This document shows positions 49,757-60,110 of a stretch of 64,000 nucleotides of DNA, piece after piece; position 1 is the first letter of the stretch, and the number at the start of each line of letters is the position of its first letter. The translations under genes and the position numbers were made by a program. The stretch covers positions 79,486,001 through 79,550,000 of the forward strand of contig CM059432.1 of the NCBI GenBank assembly GCA_030390025.1, in the 5' to 3' direction. Origin of the DNA: Squalus acanthias (Eukaryota). Below the pieces are notes generated by a model that saw only the letters and a program-made list of their open reading frames with translations, did no database searches and was not told the origin of the DNA.

Positions 49757-52300
49757 TAAGAACATAAGAAATAGGAGCAGGAGTAGGCCATATGGCCCCT
49801 CGAGCCTGCTCCGCCATTCAATAAGGTCATGGCTGATCATCAACTTCAACTCCACTTTCCCGCCCGATCTCCATATCCCTTGATTCCCCTAGAGTCCAAA
49901 AATCTATCTATCCCAGCCTTAAATATACTCAAAAGACTCAGCATCCACAGCCCTCTGGGGGCAGAGAATTCCAATGATTCACAACCCTCTGAGTGAAGAA
50001 ATTCCTTCTCATCTTGGTCTTAAATGGCCTACCCCTTATCCTGAGACTATGCCCCCTAGTTCTAGGCACTCCAGCCAGGGGAAACAACCTCTCAGCATCT
50101 ACCCTATCAATCCCCTTCAGAATCTTGTATGTTTCAATGAGATCACCTTTCATTCTTCTAAACTCCAGAGAGTATAGGTCCATTCTACACAATCTCTCAT
50201 CATAGGACAGCCCTCTCATCCCAGGAATCAATCTACATAGAAACATAGAAACATAGAATCTAGGAGCAGGAGTAGGCCATTCGGCCCGTCGAGCCTGCAA
50301 CGCCATTCAATACGATCATGGCTGATCATTCAAATCCAGTACCCTGTCCCTGCTTTTAATCCCCACAGTACACATATCCCACCCGACCCCCGTAACCCCA
50401 CGTATTTAATTCCCCCTAACATATCCCATCCTATCCCCATAACCCCACATATTTAATACCCCCCTAACACTAAGGGTCAATTTATCATAGCCAAATCAAC
50501 CTAACCCGCACATTTTTGGACAGTGGGAGGAAACCGGAGCACCCGGAGGAAACCCACGCAGACACGGGGAGAATGTGCAAACTCCACACAGACAGTCACC
50601 CGAGGTCAGATTCGAACCCGGGTCTCTGGCGCTGTGAGGCACCAGTGCTAACCACTATGCCACCGTAGTGAACCTTCGTTGCACCACCTCCAAGGCAAGT
50701 ATATCCTTCCTTAGATAAGGAGACTAAAACTGTGCACAGTACTCCAGATGTGGTCTCACCAAGGCCCTGTACAATTGTAGCAAGACTTCCTTACTCTTAT
50801 ACTCCAACTCCCTTGCAATAAAGGCTAACATGCCATTTGCCTTCCTTATTGCTTGCTGTACCTGCATGCTAGCGTTCTGTGTTTCTTGCACGAGGACACC
50901 CAAATCTCTCTGAACACCAACATTTAAAAGTTTCTCACCATTTAAATAATATTCTGTTTTTCTATTCTTCCTACCAAAGTGAATAACCTCACATTTCCCT
51001 ACATTATACTCCATCTGCCACCTTACTGCCCACTCACTTAGTCTATCTATATCCCTTTGCAGACTCTTTGTGTTCTCCTCACAGCTTGCTGTCCCATCTA
51101 GCTTTGTATCGTCAGCAAACTTGGATACATTACACTCGGTCCCTTCATCTAGGTCATTAATATAGATTGTAAATAGCTGAGGCCCCAGCACTGATCCTTG
51201 CAGCACCCCACCAGTTACAGCCTGCCAACCTGAAAAAGACCCTTTTATCCCTACTCTCTCTTTTCTGTCCATTAACCAATCCTCTATCCATACCCCCAAT
51301 CCCATGAGCCCTTACCTTGTGTAATAACCTTTTATGTGGCACCTTATCGAATGCCTTTTGGAAATTCAATTATACTACATCCACTCATTCCCCTTTATCT
51401 ACCCTGCTAGTTACATCCTCAAAAAACTCTAATAAATTTGTCAAACACAATTTCCCTTTCATAAAACCATGTTGACTCTGCCTAATTATGTTATGATTTT
51501 CTAAGTGCCCTGATACCACTTCCTTAACAATGGATTCCAGCATTTTCCCGATGACTGATGTCAGGCTAACTGGCCTGTGGTTCCCTGTTTTTGAATCCAC
51601 TGGGACCGTTCTAGAATCTAGGGAATTTTGAAAGATCAAAACCAATGCATCCACTATCTCTGCAGCCACCTCTTTTAGAACCCTAGGATGCAGGCAGTCA
51701 GGTCCAGGAGATTTGTCGGCTTTTAGTCCCATTAGTTTCTCTAGTACTTATATTAATTACGTGAAGTTCCTCACCCTCATTAGACCCTTGTTTCCCCACC
51801 ATTTTTGGTATGCTTTTTGAGTCTTCTACTGTGAAGACAGATACAAAATATTTGTTTAACGTTTCTGCCATTTCCTTATTCTCCATAATAATTTCTCCTG
51901 TCTCAGCCTCTAAGGGACCAATGTTTACTTTTGCTACTCATTTCCTTTTTACATACTTGTAGAAGCTCTTACAATCTGTTTTTATATTTCTTGCTAGTTT
52001 TCTCTCATTCTATTTTTTCCCTTATCATCAATTTTTTGGGTCATCCTTTGCTGGTTTCTGAAACTCTCCCAATCCTCAGTCTTACTACTATTCTTCGCAA
52101 CATTATAAGCTGCTTCTTTCAATCTAATGCTATCCTTAACTTCTTTAGTTAGCCACAGATGGATCACTTTTCCTGTGGAGTTTTTGTTTCTCAATGGAAT
52201 GTATTTTTGTTGAGAATTAGGAAATATTTCTTTAATTGCTAGCCACTGCTTATCTACCGCCATATCTTTTAATCTATTTTTCCAATCTACCTTAGCCAAG
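49757..52300 (-). mobile_element. CR1 LINE, 5'-truncated, carrying a SINE insertion
   Basis: ORFs 51385-51732, 50724-51305 (FADD) and 49938-50306, with a (TTCTTATG) tail. Confidence 0.93.
50236..50666 (-). mobile_element. HE1-type V-SINE (tRNA head, V domain, CR1 tail)
   Basis: Reverse complement reads TGGCATAGTGG..GGTTCGAATC, then V-domain GTGTGGAGTTTGCACATTCTCCCCGTGTCTGCGTGGGTTTCCTCCGGGTGCTCCGG, then a (TTTCTATG)n tail. Confidence 0.9.
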
Positions 52301-53445
52301 ACTGAAAAGCACACACTTTTCCAGTCTTTCCTTATAACTCTAGGGATCAGCATTGTGGCTCTTTTCTACACTGCTTTCAATGCTTGGATGTTCCCCTCAT
52401 TTCTCAGTGACCAGAAATGGAGACAATGCTCAAGGTGTGGTCTGACCAAAGCACTATACAGTTTGATCACAATTTGTCCTAATTTGTCCCTCCACTTCCT
52501 ATTTGCTGTGAGTTCTGTAAATTCCTCTGAACTCTGTTCCTCTGACTCTGGCTGCTTGTGCATTCCCTCTTCCTTTGTCCTACCATTAGCAGCCGTACCT
52601 TCAGCCGCCTACACCCACACTCTGGAATTCCCTTTGTAAACTCCTCCGCCTTTCCAATGCCCTCTCCTAATTTAAGACTCTCCTTAAAACCCACTTCCTT
52701 GACCAAGCTTTGACCTTCTGATATTTACACCTTTTTGATTATGCCTCTGTAAAGTAATTTGGGACATTTATCCATGTTAAAGGCACTACGTAAATGAAAG
52801 TTGTTGTTGACTCAGTGAACAATGACACAAAAAATCAGCTATTATACAAAATATAAAAATGGCTTTGTTTTAAATAAATTTAGTGTGCATCAGAAAATTG
52901 TCAACAGTTTGAGCTTCTAATTCCTACTATAAATATGGCACTATTCTAGAGTTTCGAACTATAAGGAACAGTGATCGATAATTCTGAATATGACATATAC
53001 TGTATTATTTTCTGAATGTCGATTAGTTAAAACATTGAATGTAAATGACTTGTTTGATTTAATTGCTTTTAATGCATATAGTCATTTTATTTCTGCTAAT
53101 TCTTTAAGAAAGATAACAGAAATTTTGTAACTCAGGATTTGTCAAGCTTTATACAGCATGCAAACATGACATACCATATAGGTGGCTGAAGCTGTACACC
53201 ATATCTAGCTTCTGCTAATAGGATTTTTAATATTTAATTAGTATAACCTAGACAGTCTTACTGCACCTTGGATTCCACTTCATGGAATGTCAGATAATAC
53301 TATGGAGGAAGTATACTGCTATACTGTTTTGTGTCTGTAAAAGATTGAATTGAAAAACACACCATCACCTCCCCACTTAATAAAAATGAATGCTATTTCA
53401 ATTCTGCCTATTGGAATATTGAAACTAACACACAATATTTCTTAC

Positions 53446-53563
53446 CCAGGCTTGTAGACATCACCATTACTTTGTCTCTGTATTTTGCTTTCCGGCACAC
53501 AGGATTTCCACTCAGATCCAGATACCAGAGTTTTTGCCACTGGCTCAATACATATTCCAGTTC
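53446..53563 (-). CDS. PPP1R42: PPP1R42/LRRC67 internal coding exon (last LRR plus LRR cap), 118 bp, phase 0 to 1
   Basis: Translates ELEYVLSQWQKLWYLDLSGNPVCRKAKYRDKVMVMSTSL, resembling human PPP1R42 as I recall it ([28 protein letters not shown]). Acceptor tccag|GAA and donor CTGG|gtaag. Confidence 0.9.
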
Positions 53564-55269
53564 CTGGATTTGTGAATAAAGGAAGATTTCAATATCTAAC
53601 ATTTCTAAGCTCATTCTTGCTCAGTTTTAATAAGAACCTTGTTAATTTGCATCATTCCTCACGAAAAATTAGGAACCTTTAAAAAAGTTTATATTTTTAT
53701 TTAAAATATTAAATTGACAGCTATAAAATAAATTATTCCTCACTTCTATATTTATAGAATGCATTTACAGTGTATAGACAAATAATAGGATACATTGTAA
53801 AATATGGCTTAATAAAGGTATCAGTACAGCACAACAAACTTTCCTCAAGCAAATTCTCTGTTGCATTAAATGCAAGTACAAACTTTAAGCACAATTCATT
53901 TCATTATTGTAAATATTACATAAATAATAAGTTCAGGTATTCTTTCACTTCAGATTCTTTTTTAATCTAGTTACAAAGTTAAAAAAGCACATACAATAGG
54001 CAACTATACTCACTCATCTTTGAACAAAACCTGCCTAAAGAAGCTTGGTTGATTTAACTGACAGTTAACTCGGTTTCAAGCTAGACAAGTGTCTCAAGAA
54101 GAGAGTGTTTATCTAACAGACCATTAGTCCTAGTGGAAATATGATTAGCCTTTGGACTTGGTTTTATTGTACATTGCCTTCCTGCCTCTAATAAAGCGGT
54201 TCCACTTTCCAACTATTCGATAATCAGTTCTAAAGGGACTCTCTTTGGGGGGTTTCCTTTGCTTTGATAAATGATCATGTCATGCTCGTCACTCAGAGGT
54301 CTGCCACAAAATACTCAAGAGTAAATTATATTCAAGGCAGGAGCATCAACTGGCTCAGCAGACACTGCAGCAGACTTTTCTTCAGCTAATGATGGCTAGT
54401 TATGAACCTGTATTTGACCACTGTGCTCCAATCTTTATGTTGCCTGTCTTGCTCAACTCTGCTAACTGCATCTGCAGACACCAATTTGTCAACTAGCTGA
54501 CTGTCTGTCATAATCTATTTAAGAAAATCTATAATTTTCCACTTGTTTCTGACTAAATTGTGAGGGGAATAAATTTATCTTTTCTGATACAATCTATGGC
54601 CAATCAATTACGTACCAAGGTCGTATAAATTTAATACTTTGGAGAAAATGTTGACGAGTGAAGCATGAACACAACAAAGACATATTATGAATAACATAAA
54701 ATGTTTTCTTACAATTTTATTTAAAAAATTCAGAGCAACTATCAGTTTAATTCTTTGCTTGTTATCCATATATGCCATTGTCACATATATTTCTCATCAT
54801 AACATGCATTAAGAAAATTGGAGAAACACCTTCCCATTTAAAGGTAAATAGTAACACTAGAAAACTAGTTATTCAAAACAATTGATCGATGATCTATGCT
54901 CTAGATCACTGAATGCTTTAGCAATAAAAATGGAAAATGGCTTTACAAATATTAAAATGGCAATTTAAAATGTATTTTGCAATATCTCTCCTTGAGAATA
55001 TATGCAGTTTCTTGTAAAATAACAAACATATTGTGGATAAATTCAAATGTTGATGTCAGTATCACATATTGAAGGCATTTCATATTTTATATAGGTTTTT
55101 GAGACTGGCTGTGCTTGCCAATAAAGTTTTCTTAAATCACTTTCTATGATTAGAGCAACCAGTTCTTTTCAGTCATAAATTTTAAATATGCATGAGACAT
55201 AGTATTCAGAACATGAAAAGGCAATTCAGCCCATCAAGCCCACTCCCTTCAGAGTCCATATATGACTAC

Positions 55270-55498
55270 TGTCATAAATCGCAACTTCTACAAGAAGTAA
55301 CTCAGGAAGTACTACTGGGCGGCCAGCTGGGGCGCCGTCCGGGGAGTATAAATACTCAGGGCGTGGGCCCACCTTGAGCAGAGACAATCTGGAAACAGGA
55401 AGCTAGTGACTGCTAACTAGACCTCCATGTTTTGTTACAAGTCGATTAAAGCCTCGCTTTATGTTCAACCAAGTGCGTAGTGAGTCTTTATTACGTCA
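55270..55498 (+). mobile_element. Solo LTR (229 bp)
   Basis: TGTCATAA..TTACGTCA termini, 5-bp TSD ACTAC, TATAAATA near 55348 and ATTAAA near 55445. Confidence 0.8.
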
Positions 55499-55561
55499 AC
55501 TACTATATTGTAGGCTTCTTTCCCACATGACTTGTTGATCACCTCCTTTAAGGAACACTAA

Positions 55562-56911
55562 GGCCTAGAAATTGGAACATTAGCGCCGGCCGCTAAGGCC
55601 GGTTTTAAAGAAAAAATGGCGGCCGCCTGGCTTCCGTCCACTTCCAGCGCGGAATGCGGCAGACGCCATATTGGGCATGTTGGCAGTGCTGCCGTTGCCT
55701 GCTTTCGCCTCAAATATTTTAATTATCAAGAACGTGACGTCAATCAGCGTGCAACACCGAATTGATGCACGCTGAGCAATTTTTGGATGTCACCGCTCCT
55801 CTTACTGTCTCTCCAAAGCATGCCCATGCGTGCAGCCGTTGCCAGTGCGTCGACCCGGGAGAAAGCGGCGGAAATCTCTGTCAAAGTCTTCAATAACTAT
55901 GCAGAGTATGTTCAGTCCAGTGAGTTCTGGCACGTAATGTGTACAGAACAGCATATGGTTAAAAATAGTCTGGAGGACTTGTACTGCATCTAAAGGCCTG
56001 ATCCATAGTGTTGGTCAGTTGTGTAATGCAAGGTGTACACTTGTACATCAGATTTTCAAATCTTACTAATAAGCGCTTGCAGTTTTGTCAGTAAACTGAA
56101 AATTAAATGATATTTGGACTTTGTAAATGTTTACTGTTATTGTTACAAACGTCCGTATTGAATATGCATCCTGTTCCTCTGAAATAACAGGTGTGTGCTT
56201 ATTACATTTTTAATTAAAGGAGTCCCTGTTTCTGAAGAAATTTGTACATCTGCATTTACTCGTATCGATATTCAGGTGTTCAGGGTATCCAGTAAACTTT
56301 TCATATCTCTTGGTCTATTCAGGGAGGTATCATGGATCACCTATGCCGGCTCTGACATCCAGTATTGCAAACAAATCTCCCAATTGCAGTGCACCATTGC
56401 CCTTTCAAAATGCTCATCCGGGTACTTTCTAGAGAGATATATTCAAAAAAAGACTTAGTGAAAAGCCTCTATAATAACAAAGCTTATTCACTATGTCTGT
56501 GTATTAAAAGAATAAGTTGCTTTTATTTGTATTCTAAGGAGTAGAATCAGAAATATTGGTTGCATTCTTTAAAATATGACAGATTAATGTATTTTTACGC
56601 TTTGATTCATCTTGCATACCCTTGCTGTCAACCTACAAAACACGAGAAACACAACCAGAAACATTGCACTTCACTTTAATAAATTGCGATTTCCTGATAA
56701 TGCCGCACAGATAGATTAGACCCGACCTTCGACTTCCTGCTGATCTTACCGCCTGAAAAAGCATGTTGCACGGGAGGTTCTGTGCTGCGCTCATTTAAAT
56801 CAGGAGGCAGCACCAAAATAACGATGCTGCCTGCGCTCTTTTTATGGGCGGCTGTTAACCTTGGCCCACGGTGGCATCGCCCGTTTTCAGGCTTAATCGA
56901 ATTTCTAGGCC
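55562..56911. mobile_element. Non-autonomous Harbinger element with unrelated interior
   Basis: Perfect 12-bp TIR GGCCTAGAAATT / AATTTCTAGGCC with TAA TSD on both sides. Confidence 0.9.
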
Positions 56912-57384
56912 TAAGTTTCTTCCCCTTTCTCCCCTGTAAAATTACTCATCCTCTCCCCACACTCATCACCTCCCTCCCCTTCTCTCCTCATATCTCTTCC
57001 CCACTCCTCTTCTCTCCCTCCTGCATCCCCTCATATCTGCTCCCCTCCAGCTTATCTCTTCCTGTCCTCTCCTGTAATGTGCTCTTGGTCTTAACTCACT
57101 GAATGCAATGCCATGGGGAATCAGCTAGTAATATATTGAAAATGGTGCGTGGCACTGTTAGAATATTTTTAAATGGTTTAAATTGGGCAAAGTATCCCAG
57201 CATGCTTTGCTTTAGCATTTTAGCCAGAGAGCAAATGTGGAAGAAAGGGAAAATGTATGAACAAAGACAGTTTGGAAGCTCAAAAGACAGAGAATTATAA
57301 ACACCCAGGTCAAGAGATGGCCCATATCGAGTTAAGGGGAACATTGCTAAGACACCATATACCACAGTAAAAGATAGTACAAGG

Positions 57385-57688
57385 AAAAGAAAGAAAGACT
57401 TGGATTTATATAGCGCCTTTCACAAGCTCAGGACGTCCCAAAGCACTTTACGGCCAATGAAGTACTTCTGAAGTGTAGTTACTGTTGTAATTTAGGAAAC
57501 GCAGCAGCCAATTTGAGCATAGCAAGCTCCCAAAAACAGCAATGTGATAATGACCAGATAATCTGCTTTTTTTAGTGATGTTGATTGAGGGATAAATATT
57601 GGCTTTTCTTTAAAATAGTGCCGTGTGATCTTTTACATCCATTGAGAGACCAGACGGGGCTTCGGTTTAACGTCTCATCCAAAAGACA
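57385..57688 (-). mobile_element. DeuSINE/SacSINE1-like SINE, Deu domain plus L2-type tail
   Basis: Reverse complement reads GATGAGACGTTAAACCGAAGCCCCGTCTG..GTAAAAGATC, with tail GCGCTATATAAAT..(TTTC)n. The same tail occurs at 18306-18415. Confidence 0.75.
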
Positions 57689-58501
57689 ATCAGAATTATG
57701 GAAGCCTTCAAGTCCACTTGGCCTACACATTAAACAAAGCTTGTAGAATAAAGATGAAGGCTAAAAGGTTAGAAGTGGGGTAAACACCTAAATACGTGGC
57801 CTCAGCCAACGTGCACCTAAGCATACTGTTGTGCATAGGTGCTGCCCAAGGTAGCCGAATAGTATATGATTTGGGACCTTTCCCTTCTTAACTTCAGAGT
57901 GCTCTCGGGATAGTTGGAAGTCCATCCACGAAAGATTACAAGTCTGATCAGCTTGAACGAAACTTTGTGAAGACAAACAGGTTGCATTAATTGCTCGCCA
58001 TTTAATGTAATACTGTAGGACAATTGTTTAAAAGCAATACTGTTATTAGTCAACATATAGTAAAGCTTGTTGTTTAAAACCACTTGGGCCCGAATCTGAG
58101 CGGAGGTTATTCTTTTGCCGGACTAACAACCCTTTGTTGCGACCGTAACCACAGGAATTCCGCTAACAGATGCTTAATGGATTTGTACCTGTATGTCATG
58201 CTGTAAGCACAACGTAATGTAACATGACCAATTGTTTACAATGGAGACGAACTTAACAGAACAAAACATGCACACAGGAATAAGAACATCAACTCCTTTA
58301 GGTTGAAACCGTCAACTCCCTCCAGTCACCTCCTCCCACTGAGAAAAAACTCTCCTGACTATCGCCCACATCGAAACTCACCCCCAGCCCCCCACACCAC
58401 AATGAGCAAATTAAAGCCCACACCGCCTCCCCACCATCCACCAGAAACATGGTTTTGGCCCCTCTCTCTTCCCCTCCCCTGCTTTCTCTATTTCCTGTTA
58501 C

Positions 58502-60110
58502 GGGAACAGTAGCATAGTGGTTACTGGACTAGTAATCCAGAAGCCTGGACTAATGATCCGGAGACGTGAGTTCAAATCCCACCATGGCAGCTGGGGAATT
58601 TAAATTCAGTTAATTAAATAAATCTGGAATAAAAAGCTAGTACCAGTAATGGTGACCATGAAACTATCGGATTGTCGTAGAAACCCATCTGGTCCACTAA
58701 TGTTCTTTAGGGAAGGAAATTTGCCATCCTTACCTGGTCTGGCCTATATGTGACTCCAGACCCACAGCATTGTGGTTGACTCTCAACTGCCCTCTGAAAT
58801 GGCCTAGCAAGCTACTCAGTTGTAAAAAACTGCTATGATAAACAATAAGAATAAAACCGGACGGACCACCCGGCATTGACCTTGGCACCAGCTATGAACA
58901 CGACAACAGCACACCCAGCCCAGCTGACCCTGCAAAGTCCTCCTCACCAACATCTGGGGACTTGTACCAAAATTGGGAGCGCTGTCCCACAGACTAGTCA
59001 AGCAACAGCCTGACATAGTCATACTCACAGAATCATACCTTTCAGCCAATGTCCCAAACTCCTCCACCGGCAGGACAGACCCACCAGGGGTGGCGGCACC
59101 GTGGTATACAATCGGGAAGGGGTGGCCCTGGGAGTCCTCAACATTGACTCCGGACCCCATGAAGTCTCATGGCTTCAGGTCAAGCATGGGCAAGGAAACC
59201 TCCTGCTGATTACCACCTACCGCCCTCCCTCAGCTGATGAATCAGTACTCCTCCATGTTGAAAACCACTTGGAAGAAGCACTGAGAGTAGCAAGGGCACA
59301 GAATGTACTCTGGGTGGGGGACTTCAATGTCCATCACCAAGAGTGGCTCAGTAGCACCACTACTGACCGAGCTGGCTGACTCCTGAAGGACATAGCTGCC
59401 AGTCTGGGCCACTGGGTGGTGAGAGAACCAACACGAGAGGAAAAACCTACTTGACCTCGTCCTCACCAATCTACCTGTCGCAGATGCATCTGTCCATGAC
59501 AGCATTGGTAGCAGTGACCACCGCACAGTCATTGTGGAGACGAAGTCCCGTCTTCACACTGAGGACACCCTCCATCGTGTTGTGTGGCACTACCACCGTG
59601 CTAAATGGGATAGATTTAGAACAGATCTAGCAGCTCAAAACTGGGCATCCATGAGGCATTGTGGGCCATCAGCAGCAGCAGAATTGTATTCCACCACAAT
59701 CTGTAACCTCATGGTCCGGCATATCCCTCACTCTACCATTACCATCAAGCCAGGGGACCAACCCTGGTTCAATAAGGAGTGTAGAAGAGCATGCCAGGAG
59801 CAGCACCAGGTGTAACACAGGACTACATGTATGCTAAAAAGCAGAAGCAGCGTGCTATAGACAGAGCTAAGCAATCCCACAATCAATGGATCAGATCAAA
59901 GCTCTGCAGTCCTGCCACATCCAGTTGTGAATGGTGGTGGACCATTAAACAGCTAATGGGAGGAGGAGGCTCCATGAATATCCCTATCCTCAATGATGGT
60001 GGAGCCCAGCACGGGAATGCAAAAGACAAATCTGAAGCATTTGTAACCATCTTTAGCCAGAAGTGCCGAGTGGATGATCCATATCGGCCTCCTCCTGAGG
60101 TCCCCACCAC
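58502..60110 (+). mobile_element. tRNA-headed CR1/Zenon-like LINE, 5' 1.6 kb, cut by a CR1 insertion
   Basis: A box at 58510-58520 and B box at 58570-58579. APE coding from about 58937 (LLTNIWGL, DIVILTES, YRPP, VGDFN, SDH), then the PWF linker. Confidence 0.9.

Noticed and set aside
53408..53614. ORF-track 68-aa protein as a stand-alone gene
   Set aside because: Only 53446-53563 is an exon; the flanks are intron read-through past clear splice sites.
41223..56911. Macro-transposon formed by the TIRs at 41223 or 43785 and 56911, capturing a PPP1R42 exon
   Set aside because: 56911 already pairs with 55562 through a TAA TSD, the outer flanks do not match, and the exon sits in normal gene order.
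58502..58585. tRNA gene (also at 8424, 9245, 10829, 31864 and 50666)
   Set aside because: A/B boxes run straight into retroelement bodies and no complete cloverleaf is evident, so these are tRNA-derived heads.
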